57,146 nucleotides of DNA from a virus, in the IMG/VR virus record IMGVR_UViG_3300045973_000302, positions 1 to 57,146 of that record. One strand, written 5' to 3'. The position numbers and the translations under genes were made by a program. Numbering within the stretch: position 1 is the first letter of the stretch; every line of letters begins with the position of its first letter. Below the pieces are notes generated by a model that was not told the DNA's origin, did no database searches, and saw only the letters and a list, made by a program, of their open reading frames with translations. Positions 16,447 to 24,386 of this stretch are shown here, in pieces.

Positions 16447-17194
16447 GAAACTGGGTGAAATCAAAGAGGCAATCAAAGACTATCCTCATGAGTTTGTTGG
16501 GTTAATTCCATTCTCCCATGAGATAACTTCAAATGAGCCATTGGAAGGGGATGAATTCATTCCTTATGGTTCAACCTCAATGATTGAAGTTGCTCTGGAA
16601 CATGGGTGGGCAGGGCTTCATTACAATCCAGTGACAGCAAACTACAGGGCATTTGTTGAAAATCGTAGAGACATGTTGAATAATGTTGTGATGCGATTGG
16701 ATCAAGCAATTGAGTTTTTGGAGACACAGAATCCTGGGGAACTTTGGTTCACTAGACCATCGAAAGATCTAAAAGAGTATACAGGATTTGTTGATACTGC
16801 TGAAGAGTTAGTGAGACTATTCAAAGACAGAATGCTTTGTGCATCGTCTGGGTCTTACCAACTCAGCCCTGATACTGAAGTTGTTATATCCTACCCAAAA
16901 ACTATCCATGCAGAGTATCGCTGGTTCATTGTTGGTGGGAAAGTAATCACTGGTAGTATGTACAAGAACGAGGGGCAATTATTTACTAAAGAAATAGTAG
17001 AACAAGAAATAATCACTGAAACCCAAAAATTAGCAGATTTTTGGTTACCTGACCCTTGTTGCGTGATGGATCTAGCTTTGACTGACTTTGGGGTGGAAGT
17101 GGTTGAATTTAACTGTATCAACTCGTCAGGCTTTTATGCTTGTGATGTTAAGAAAATCTTTGATGCCCTTTGGGATTATCATAAAGAAAGGTAA
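16370..17194 (+). CDS. ATP-grasp-domain-like protein
   Basis: YRWFIVGGKVITGSMY..VVEFNCINSSGFYACDVKKIFDAL pattern. Confidence 0.6.
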   Translation: MLGEESMNLGNKLMKFLIQHNLINPEKLGEIKEAIKDYPHEFVGLIPFSHEITSNEPLEGDEFIPYGSTSMIEVALEHGWAGLHYNPVTANYRAFVENRRDMLNNVVMRLDQAIEFLETQNPGELWFTRPSKDLKEYTGFVDTAEELVRLFKDRMLCASSGSYQLSPDTEVVISYPKTIHAEYRWFIVGGKVITGSMYKNEGQLFTKEIVEQEIITETQKLADFWLPDPCCVMDLALTDFGVEVVEFNCINSSGFYACDVKKIFDALWDYHKER

Positions 17195-17199
17195 GTGTC

Positions 17200-17697
17200 A
17201 TGGCAGCTACACAAGTGATTTTGCTTGACCACAATTTCAATTTCTTGAACATTATCACAATCAAGAAGTGTGTTAAGCTTATGGTCAAAGAAAAAGTTGA
17301 AGTTATCAAATGTACAGGCAAAGAACTACGTTGTGGATTCTTTCTTCCTTCGGTAATTCGTTTGCTCAAGACCATAAATGTATCTTTGACAAAGAAGATT
17401 CCTTTTTCAAAACAGAACATCTTTGTTCGTGACAACTACCTTTGCCAGTATTGCGGTAAAGAGTTGAATGTGAAGAATGCAACAGTTGATCATATTCACC
17501 CAATCTCTAGAGGTGGGAAGAACAGTTACGTCAATTGTGTTTGTAGTTGTAAAACATGTAACCAATGGAAAGGTGACAAGCTTCTATCCGAAACCAAGAT
17601 GGTTCTACGGAAGACTCCAGATCACCCATCATTCCTAGAGTTTATGTATTTGAAAGCTAAGACCCTAGGGATCAACATGAAAGAGATTTGGGAGTAA
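17200..17697 (+). CDS. HNH endonuclease family protein
   Basis: FVRDNYLCQYCGKELNVKNATVDHIHPISRGGKNSYVNCVCSCKTCNQWKGD. Confidence 0.85.
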   Translation: MAATQVILLDHNFNFLNIITIKKCVKLMVKEKVEVIKCTGKELRCGFFLPSVIRLLKTINVSLTKKIPFSKQNIFVRDNYLCQYCGKELNVKNATVDHIHPISRGGKNSYVNCVCSCKTCNQWKGDKLLSETKMVLRKTPDHPSFLEFMYLKAKTLGINMKEIWE

Positions 17698-17703
17698 TGT
17701 GGA

Positions 17704-17886
17704 ATGAGAGTATACTGGCATGATCAATTAGGTATTAATGAAAATTATTACCCTATTACAGGGTCTTCCTCAATTGGCCCAGGTGAGATATCAATTGATT
17801 CTGTTAAGGGCTTACAGGATGAATTAGACAGCCTGAGAGCAGAAAACAAAGAACTTCGTGAATGGATTCGTTGTGGGAGATATTAG
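17704..17886 (+). CDS. hypothetical small coiled-coil protein
   Basis: VKGLQDELDSLRAENKELREW. Confidence 0.45.
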   Translation: MRVYWHDQLGINENYYPITGSSSIGPGEISIDSVKGLQDELDSLRAENKELREWIRCGRY

Positions 17887-17893
17887 ATTTAAA

Positions 17894-17922
17894 TAGACAG
17901 GAAACTCCTTTGGTGTTAAAGT
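17894..17922 (+). promoter_or_regulatory. sigma70-like promoter
   Basis: TTTAAATAGACA-N17-TAAAGT; CTCCTTTG/CAAAGGAG. Confidence 0.65.
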
Positions 17923-17957
17923 GAATTATACACTGAAACAACAAAGGAGATTTCCAA

Positions 17958-18311
17958 ATGTCTAATACAAAATTCAACGCTGATGAGCTTACTCTTCTTG
18001 CAGCTGGTCATGAGTGGCAAGTAACTAAAATCCACCCATCCCTGCAAAATGTTGATTTTGAGCATAGTGATCAAATTGAGTTTGATGGTGAGGAAGCCAA
18101 TGGCAAGCCTTACTACATTCTGGCTGATGTAACTGCAGAAGTTGTCAAGTATGCTGACAACGAGTTTGAGTTCCTGATCTACGTGTCATGTGGCAAGGAG
18201 CAGCATACTGCAGTTGATGAAGAGGTATCCACCATTGAAGAGGTTGTTGCTCTGTTCGTCAAGTATGCTAAAGTGGCTGATATCCCATGTGATGAAGTTT
18301 CTTGGAAGTAA
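17958..18311 (+). CDS. hypothetical protein
   Basis: promoter and SD AAAGGAG upstream. Confidence 0.6.
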   Translation: MSNTKFNADELTLLAAGHEWQVTKIHPSLQNVDFEHSDQIEFDGEEANGKPYYILADVTAEVVKYADNEFEFLIYVSCGKEQHTAVDEEVSTIEEVVALFVKYAKVADIPCDEVSWK

Positions 18312-18319
18312 GATTTAAA

Positions 18320-18348
18320 TAGACAGAATACAATTACTCATGTATAGT
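18320..18348 (+). promoter_or_regulatory. sigma70-like promoter
   Basis: TTTAAATAGACA-N17-TATAGT. Confidence 0.7.
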
Positions 18349-18374
18349 CTAATTATACTTACAACAAAGGAGAT

Positions 18375-18596
18375 TTGATCATGAAGAAGCAAGCAACTTC
18401 ACCATTTGAAACTATTATTCCTAACACGAATAAAGTGTTTTTGAAATTGGATACAAGCAAAGCTTCTAATGATAGGATATATTACTTCACCAATGGTATC
18501 AACCACTTGTCTGTCAACATGACGTACCTTCAATCAGTTCAGCAAGTGAAGTTCCTTGAATCGATTGGGATGATTGTTGAAGATAGATCGCATTAA
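18375..18596 (+). CDS. hypothetical protein
   Basis: promoter and SD AAAGGAG upstream; start may be ATG 18381. Confidence 0.55.
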   Translation: MIMKKQATSPFETIIPNTNKVFLKLDTSKASNDRIYYFTNGINHLSVNMTYLQSVQQVKFLESIGMIVEDRSH

Positions 18597-18600
18597 ATAA

Positions 18601-18629
18601 TTGACAACTAACTAAAGATCTTGTATAGT
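18601..18629 (+). promoter_or_regulatory. sigma70-like promoter
   Basis: TTGACA-N17-TATAGT. Confidence 0.75.
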
Positions 18630-18660
18630 CAGTTTATACTTTAACGAAGGAGATTGACCC

Positions 18661-18969
18661 ATGCAATTTGATAAGATTACTTTTGTTGTGAATGCAATCA
18701 ATGATAACTCTACCAATCATCAGGAACTGGTTAAGACTTTGATTGACAATGGGGCAATCTCGCTGGATGATGTTTACAATGCTCTCAAGCACACCACTGG
18801 ACGTATTATCAATGGTGTTGCAATCCCCAAAGCTAACTATGACATTTATGTAGCATTGGTCAAAGCTGGGGAACAGATTCAAGCAATCAAGGCTATTCGT
18901 AGTGATACAGGGCTTGGGTTGAAAGATGCAAAGGATATCGCTGACAAGATCAGGGATACCGAAAAATAG
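18661..18969 (+). CDS. protein with ribosomal L7/L12 C-terminal-domain-like motif
   Basis: KAGEQIQAIKAIRSDTGLGLKDAKDIADKI resembles [24 protein letters not shown]. Confidence 0.65.
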   Translation: MQFDKITFVVNAINDNSTNHQELVKTLIDNGAISLDDVYNALKHTTGRIINGVAIPKANYDIYVALVKAGEQIQAIKAIRSDTGLGLKDAKDIADKIRDTEK

Positions 18970-18975
18970 TTTCAT

Positions 18976-19051
18976 GCCTGTGTAGCCCAACGGCAGAGGC
19001 ACAAGCTTCAAGAGCTTGTAAGTGTCAGTTCGAATCTGACTACAGGTACCA
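18976..19051 (+). tRNA. tRNA with CAA anticodon (Leu), short variable region
   Basis: CAAGC-TTCAAGA-GCTTG, GTCAG-TTCGAAT-CTGAC, CCA. Confidence 0.78.
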
Positions 19052-19056
19052 AATTT

Positions 19057-19328
19057 GCGAGTATGATGGAATTGGCAGACATGGGTGGTAAGTACTGATT
19101 GGGAATTGGAGTCATGCCCAACTAGCAGTCAGTGGCTACCGCTACAAGAAGATGGTTGAGGGTTTAGATCCCCTCAGATTGAGAGAATTGGTTGGTGAGT
19201 GTTGGTATATCTGATGGTAGTCATGAACCTTTAGATTATCAATATACCCAACAAGTCAAGAGTCATGAATCTTGATAATGCAATCAATCAAGCCAAATTC
19301 TTTTGCAGGTTCGATCCCTGCTACTCGC
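19057..19328 (+). other. interrupted tRNA-Leu-like gene
   Basis: GCGAGTA TG ATG-GAATTGGCAGA-CAT (5' end and class II D-arm) and GCAGG-TTCGATC-CCTGC-TACTCGC about 240 nt downstream; GGCTACC/GGTAGTC inside. Confidence 0.55.
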
Positions 19329-19382
19329 TTCATTTTAAAGGTTGAGTCAGAAATGATTCCCTGATTGTTCTTTCAAAATTTA

Positions 19383-19467
19383 TGGGTGAGCATGGTTGTC
19401 TGGTTTATAGGTGGTGTACAACATCCTATTTCTGGTCGGTGGTTCGATTCCACTCTGTTACCCACAC
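19383..19467 (+). other. tRNA-like element, identity unclear
   Basis: TGGGTGA/TTACCCA, GGTGGTTCGATTCCACT T-arm, irregular anticodon arm around GTGTACAA. Confidence 0.4.
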
Positions 19468-19473
19468 CTTTAT

Positions 19474-19550
19474 TGGGAAGTAGCTCAGTTGGCATGAGCG
19501 AGGGACTGTTAATCCCTTTGTCGTAGGTTCGATCCCTACCTTCCCAGCCA
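19474..19550 (+). tRNA. tRNA-Asn(GUU), second copy
   Basis: TGGGAAG/CTTCCCA, AGGGA-CTGTTAA-TCCCT, CCA. Confidence 0.9.
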
Positions 19551-19553
19551 TTT

Positions 19554-19631
19554 GTCCTTATCGACTAGGCTGGCCCAGGTCGTCACATTCTCAGTGTGAA
19601 AACAACGGTTCAAATTCGTTTAAGGACACCA
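19554..19631 (+). tRNA. tRNA with CUC anticodon (Glu)
   Basis: GTCCTTA/TAAGGAC, TCACA-TTCTCAG-TGTGA, CCA. Confidence 0.7.
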
Positions 19632-19638
19632 AAAGTAT

Positions 19639-19711
19639 TCTGACAGCTGAACGGGTAGGCTATGCCCTAGCGCAAAGGGCAAGATAGGTTCGAATCCTAT
19701 TGTCAGAGCCA
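19639..19711 (+). tRNA. tRNA, anticodon ambiguous (loop AGCGCAA or TAGCGCAAA)
   Basis: TCTGACA/TGTCAGA, GCCCT..AGGGC, ATAGG-TTCGAAT-CCTAT, CCA. Confidence 0.65.
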
Positions 19712-19829
19712 AAAGCGGGGAACCTACTGACCATGTGGAAGTGGTTCTTAATGTAACGAGATATAGGGGTGCGTTGAAAAATGTGATCCTGTTCAGTATC
19801 GTTACCCCAAGTAGTTTATAAGGATAAAT

Positions 19830-20354
19830 ATGTCTGAGTTTGTGTTTAATGAGAACATAAAAAGATTTCCAAAAATATTATCATTCACTCAGTTCATTAT
19901 GTCTGAGTCGATTGAGCCTGTTGAAACTTTATATGGAACTGACTATCAAAATAAGAATTGGATAGTTCATGGTACATTTAGAGTTACCTTTTATAAGTCA
20001 GATAAATATTCATACGCTGTTATCATTGATGGATTTAATATAGGATTTATGGTTGCAGATAACATTGTTCCTATTGAAGACCTATCTGATATTGAAAATT
20101 TAGGGGAATTGTTTTCTTTTGAAAAGAAGAAGAGAAGTGAGGCATTGAGAACTTTCAACAACTTCTTTTATATTATTTTGGAAGGAATCAAAAAATTTAA
20201 CTTAAACAATGTACACTTCAATACCGATGATGCTGATCTTGGGAGTGTTTATAATAAAATTGTTAAGAATCCATTTTTTAATAGACAATTGAACAAAGTT
20301 GGGTTAAAGTACATAAAGACTGTAAACAACTTTCACGTTTTTGGCAAAATATAG
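19830..20354 (+). CDS. hypothetical protein, paralog of 25248-25751; contains SFTQFIMSESIEP motif
   Basis: C-terminal similarity to the 25248 ORF. Confidence 0.65.
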   Translation: MSEFVFNENIKRFPKILSFTQFIMSESIEPVETLYGTDYQNKNWIVHGTFRVTFYKSDKYSYAVIIDGFNIGFMVADNIVPIEDLSDIENLGELFSFEKKKRSEALRTFNNFFYIILEGIKKFNLNNVHFNTDDADLGSVYNKIVKNPFFNRQLNKVGLKYIKTVNNFHVFGKI

Positions 20355-20360
20355 ATTGTT

Positions 20361-20433
20361 GCGGGTTAAGATAAAGGTAGTCGCTGAGTCTCATAATCTC
20401 AGAGCAATGGTTCAATTCCATTACCCGCTACCA
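20361..20433 (+). tRNA. tRNA with CAU anticodon (Met or Ile2)
   Basis: GCGGGT/ACCCGC, TGAGT-CTCATAA-TCTCA, CCA. Confidence 0.78.
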
Positions 20434-20439
20434 AAATAT

Positions 20440-20519
20440 GAACGTGGTTAAGACAACGGAGTAAGGGGAACCGCAAGCTTGATCAGGCTACTCTAAGGGT
20501 GCGAATCCTTTCACGTTCA
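20440..20519 (+). other. degenerate tRNA-like element
   Basis: GAACGTG/CACGTTC (same acceptor as tRNA-Cys), T-arm AAGGG-TGCGAAT-CCTTT, no clear anticodon arm. Confidence 0.4.
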
Positions 20520-20536
20520 ACTTGTTCTTTAAAAAT

Positions 20537-20728
20537 CTGTGATTAGCTCAGTTGGTTGGTCGGGTGCTCTTAAGGGTAGCTCCCTTTTAAAAGGCATACC
20601 ACCCATGAAACAGCGAGAATAACAGACGGTTCAGAGAGCGCACTGAATTATGTACTGCCAAGGCAACTGTGGAGTGAGAGCGTTAGACTCATCATCTAAA
20701 GGTCGGTGGTTCGAATCCATCATCACAG
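20537..20728 (+). other. interrupted tRNA-like gene (CAU anticodon loop) with about 120-130 nt inserted in the D-loop, or a D-armless tRNA preceded by a duplicated 5' end
   Basis: CTGTGAT TA GCTC AGTTGGTTGG ... GAGC G TTAGA-CTCATCA-TCTAA AGGTC GGTGG-TTCGAAT-CCATC ATCACAG. Confidence 0.55.
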
Positions 20729-20756
20729 TACAGTTTTGATCTTTCACAATTTGAAT

Positions 20757-20882
20757 TGTTATCGGCTATATACCTTGATTATGTCTCCTTCTTGGGCATA
20801 CTTCTAAAACTATGATAAATGACATGGGCTTGACCCATGTTAGTAAACATAATTTGGGTGCCTATATAATTTCCGATAACAC
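20757..20882 (+). ncRNA. structured RNA candidate
   Basis: TGTTATCGG..CCGATAACA closing stem; nested ACATGGG-CTTGA-CCCATGT hairpin; ATTATG/CATAAT. Confidence 0.5.
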
Positions 20883-20973
20883 AACCGACAGGCTATGGGT
20901 TAGCATACTTCTTACTTATCTTGGACATAAACTGCTGCCTAATCCCCTGTCACTTAAAACTAAAGGAATCAAG

Positions 20974-21165
20974 ATGAAAAAATTTACTGTTCTTGTTTGT
21001 GTGATTGCTGGTCTGCTTAGTGGTTGTGGTAAGATTGATCGGGTAACTTCTTCCTTCACAGGCAAACCTTCTGAAGTATGTGTTGATGGAGTTTCTTATC
21101 TTCAATTTACTTCTGGTGCTACTGTTAAATTAGATATCAATGGTAAACCTGTTCCATGTAAATAG
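20974..21165 (+). CDS. small lipoprotein (63 aa; start revised from 20812)
   Basis: MKKFTVLVCVIAGLLSGCGK lipobox; SD AAAGGAAT. Confidence 0.7.
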   Translation: MKKFTVLVCVIAGLLSGCGKIDRVTSSFTGKPSEVCVDGVSYLQFTSGATVKLDINGKPVPCK

Positions 21166-21351
21166 TTTGGCAAGGTTGGGGTAGCGAGACAAAGCCTAGA
21201 GACTCGTCCCGTAAAAGTCAAAGCTCTATACCTACCAATTTTATAAAAAACTTGAGGCTCAGAACTACACATACTTCTATGCCGTAAGGCACTCAACCGC
21301 TAATTGAAATCAGTGTGTTCGATATCCTCAACTAACTAAAGGAATAAACTA

Positions 21352-23481
21352 ATGAACGCTCAAATCCAAGCAATGATGATCCGTAGAAAATCCAAAGTTA
21401 TCGTTACCAACATTTGTGAGGGTTCCACTCCCCAAGGTATGGTAGGGGCTATCATTGGTAACTTTGGTAAGCTTGGTTATGTCATGAGTGCTGATCTAGT
21501 TGAAGCATTAAGTGCATGTAACTATACAGAACTGGTTGCATTCCATAACGAAGTATTCCCTATACTCAAAGAGCAAGTGGGAATGACAAATTCATATTTC
21601 CGTCCAATGTATCCAAACTTCCCTACCCAAGTTGCATCTGCATCTGATGAAGAATTGTGGATCAATGCTATCATGCATTACTTTGGTGCATCTATCGAAC
21701 TACGTGTGATGCCAGAGTACAAGGAAGAAGTTCGTTTTCCTTTCTGTGAATCACGTGAGCCTCGTTTCCTAGGGCTTGGTACTTCCCAAGATGCCGAAGC
21801 AATGTTCACTGAGGTTCTTGAATCCAAAGCTTCACCTTCTGTACAGGACAAGGCAGACATTGATACAATTTTTACATCTGGGTTTACTTATCTCCCTGCA
21901 ACAATTTCTAACAAAGAGAAATTGGCATATGTTTGTTCAAAGAATCTTAGCTTCTGGGGGCAATTGAAAACAGCAACTGACGTTTTGCGTGTGGCTGTTG
22001 CTATGTCTAATGGGGATATCTCTTTAGCTAAAAAAACCAAATTTGGCAAGTTCCCAAGAGTATTGCGTAGAAACTTCCTGTTAACCTTGGATGGAATGAA
22101 TCAAGCTTCTGTTCAAGAAGACATGATGCGCTTTGAGGGTATGTGGATTCGTCTAGGGGAGAAACTTCACCCAATGGAATACTGCAACAAATACCCTAAC
22201 ATAGCTCTGTCTTTCAGCAACTTGCGTAATGGTAATATCCAAACTACTAATAGCAAGATCGAAAAATATCTGGCTACTGGGGATTTTAAGCGATTGGTTA
22301 TATTGCTACAGGATCGTCCTGGGGATTTTGCACGTAGATTGAATGCTGTGTTGACTAATGCAACTGATCAAATGGCTGTTGTTACAGGGTTTGGTGATAT
22401 CGTTGACAAGGTATCAACTCCAGTGTTGTGGCAATTGCTTGGGTATTTCTCTAACAGAGATATGCTCATGACTTTCCGCAATAGGATCTTCTTGCCTAAG
22501 AAACCAGTTGCTCTTGTGTCTAAGAACAACTTGGTAGCATTACCCAATAATGTGGAAAGACGCATTATTGGGATGATCGAAAGATCATTGGAAGATCGTT
22601 ATGCTGACGCACACTTTTTTGCTCCATTAGGGAAAGTTTATATTGATCCTATTTGCCAGAGTTTGTTGATCCCTTCTGGGAATCGTTCAGCTTCGACTGC
22701 ACTCCGTCAGGTTGCTGTAGGGTCACGTTTCCCATTACCAAAAGACAAAGACACTGTTCGTCTGTTTGTTTACTGGATGGATCTGAAAGGTGACAATGGC
22801 TCTGGGGATAGAGGGTACCGTTATGGCTCTAGGGTAGACCTTGACTTGTCTGCAGTAATGTATGATAAGGATTTCAACTTTCTTGGTCAGTGCTCATGGA
22901 CTAATCTACGTGAAGGTGAAGGGGAAGATGCAGTTATGTGTCACTCAGGGGATATCACTTCTGCTCCTGATGGTGCAGCTGAGTACCTTGATATCAATCT
23001 GAGCAAGCTTGGTGCTGATGTGGCATATGTAGCTTGTAATATATATAACTACACTGGGCAGAAGATGAATGAACTTTCTGTTGGTACTTGTGGTTGGATG
23101 GTTCGTGAGTTCCCTGGGTCAGGTGAGATCTTTGAGGCATTGTCTGTTGAGGGTCGTTGTGACTTGACAGCAGATGCTACTGCAACTTGCCCTATGATAG
23201 TGGATGTGGCGAAACGAGAGGTCGTATGGACTGATTTGGCAATGACACTTGATGGGTACTGTCATTCTACAGAGACAACCACTCAGAAGGGCATTGCGAC
23301 TGCAGAACTGGCAACTCGTATGGCATATACCAAAGTGTCCTTGTATGACCTGTTCTTCATGCACGTTTTAGCACGTGAGGGAAAATTGGTTGTTAATCGT
23401 GAAGATTCTGATTTTGCTATATGTGAAGATGGGGATTTAAGCCCTTATGATATAGCTAAGATATGTGCGGAGTGGTTATAA
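21352..23481 (+). CDS. TerD-domain protein of the MXAN_6230/SCO0930-like architecture
   Basis: N-terminus LGYVMSADLVEALSACNYTELVAFHNEVFPILKEQVGMTNSYFRPMYPNFP; C-terminus VRLFVYWMDL..GSRVDLDLSAVMYDKDFNFLGQCSW..YLDINLSKLGADVAYVACNIYNYTGQ. Confidence 0.65.
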   Translation: MNAQIQAMMIRRKSKVIVTNICEGSTPQGMVGAIIGNFGKLGYVMSADLVEALSACNYTELVAFHNEVFPILKEQVGMTNSYFRPMYPNFPTQVASASDEELWINAIMHYFGASIELRVMPEYKEEVRFPFCESREPRFLGLGTSQDAEAMFTEVLESKASPSVQDKADIDTIFTSGFTYLPATISNKEKLAYVCSKNLSFWGQLKTATDVLRVAVAMSNGDISLAKKTKFGKFPRVLRRNFLLTLDGMNQASVQEDMMRFEGMWIRLGEKLHPMEYCNKYPNIALSFSNLRNGNIQTTNSKIEKYLATGDFKRLVILLQDRPGDFARRLNAVLTNATDQMAVVTGFGDIVDKVSTPVLWQLLGYFSNRDMLMTFRNRIFLPKKPVALVSKNNLVALPNNVERRIIGMIERSLEDRYADAHFFAPLGKVYIDPICQSLLIPSGNRSASTALRQVAVGSRFPLPKDKDTVRLFVYWMDLKGDNGSGDRGYRYGSRVDLDLSAVMYDKDFNFLGQCSWTNLREGEGEDAVMCHSGDITSAPDGAAEYLDINLSKLGADVAYVACNIYNYTGQKMNELSVGTCGWMVREFPGSGEIFEALSVEGRCDLTADATATCPMIVDVAKREVVWTDLAMTLDGYCHSTETTTQKGIATAELATRMAYTKVSLYDLFFMHVLAREGKLVVNREDSDFAICEDGDLSPYDIAKICAEWL

Positions 23482-23503
23482 AATAAACTCAAGAGGGTAA
23501 TAC

Positions 23504-23659
23504 ATGTCAGATTGTAATCATGATGAAGTGACGGTAATGATGGACTACAAACAGGAGATACAATCAATCACTTGTTCTGAATGTGGGTACTCATTTACTG
23601 TCCCTGAGTTCAAGAAACGTAAGTTCAAGGCAGTTCTTGTCAAAGAAGTTGGGAAATGA
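23504..23659 (+). CDS. small zinc-finger-like protein (51 aa) not in the supplied track
   Basis: MSDCNHDEVTVMMDYKQEIQSITCSECGYSFTVPEFKKRKFKAVLVKEVGK; overlaps PAAR start. Confidence 0.5.
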   Translation: MSDCNHDEVTVMMDYKQEIQSITCSECGYSFTVPEFKKRKFKAVLVKEVGK

Positions 23660-23958
23660 AAGTAGCCAGAGTTGGAGATCCAGCCTCTGGGAACTGCAGC
23701 AAACATAATGGCGCAAGTGTAACAGGAGTTATAGAATCCTCAACCAATTCCATTGTGACCTGTCATGATGGGAAGATAGTTGCTGTTGAGGGTGATATTA
23801 TTAAATTTTCTTGTGGGCATACTGGGAAGATCAAATCTGGTTCTGGGGCTAGTAAGGTTACCATAGCTGGGGTGCCAGTGGCTGTTAAGGATAGTGTAGT
23901 TGAAGGTGACGTTAATGGTAAGATCGATGATGGATCTGGGCAGCTCACCATATCATAA
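23656..23958 (+). CDS. PAAR-domain spike-tip protein (T4 gp5.4-like)
   Basis: MKVARVGDPASGNCSKHNGASVTGVI..VNVDG-like PAAR repeats, GSGASKVTIAGVPVAVKDS. Confidence 0.88.
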   Translation: MKVARVGDPASGNCSKHNGASVTGVIESSTNSIVTCHDGKIVAVEGDIIKFSCGHTGKIKSGSGASKVTIAGVPVAVKDSVVEGDVNGKIDDGSGQLTIS

Positions 23959-23969
23959 AGGATAAACAA

Positions 23970-24329
23970 ATGAACCAACGTGAATGGATTGAATTTGGTA
24001 AGATGTATGATAACATGACTGCAGTTGGGTTTTTCGTAGATCTAAAAATGCTTAAAGCAAACTCTATGTATTATTGTCATGTTACTAAGGTAAATGAAGT
24101 TGACGATGAGGTTATTACTTTAGATCTAGTTGGTGCTTTTGGTTCCCCATACTATGCACTCAAACATGCTTATTTCACTTTATACTTAGAAGATACTAAT
24201 ACTGAAGATATTGAACTTGATATCTCTTCAGAATCATTGGCTATTTTATATGATCTGGCTGATAAAAAGTATATAACCATTGATGAATTGTTCACTGAAA
24301 TCCTTACTGATCATTTAAAAACAATTTAA
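23970..24329 (+). CDS. hypothetical protein
   Basis: ORF. Confidence 0.55.
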   Translation: MNQREWIEFGKMYDNMTAVGFFVDLKMLKANSMYYCHVTKVNEVDDEVITLDLVGAFGSPYYALKHAYFTLYLEDTNTEDIELDISSESLAILYDLADKKYITIDELFTEILTDHLKTI

Positions 24330-24330
24330 A

Positions 24331-24359
24331 TTGACAGACAATCTTCTGCGTGGTAATGT
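24331..24359 (+). promoter_or_regulatory. sigma70-like promoter
   Basis: TTTAAATTGACA-N17-TAATGT. Confidence 0.7.
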
Positions 24360-24386
24360 GAATTATACACTACACAACAAAGGAGA

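Noticed and set aside
20812-20973. Upstream extension of the ORF 20812..21165
   Set aside because: It overlaps the structured RNA; MKKFTVLVCVIAGLLSGC at 20974 with an SD is a typical lipoprotein start.
21678-21860. Minus-strand ORFs opposite the TerD gene and many other antisense ORFs in the track (e.g. 15995..16360, 22368..22565, 28522..28713)
   Set aside because: They are shadows of convincing plus-strand genes or of tRNAs, with no SD and no recognisable motifs.
21352-23481. Initial impression of a tail sheath protein based on length
   Set aside because: Sequence motifs fit TerD and the MXAN_6230-like N-terminus, not sheath.
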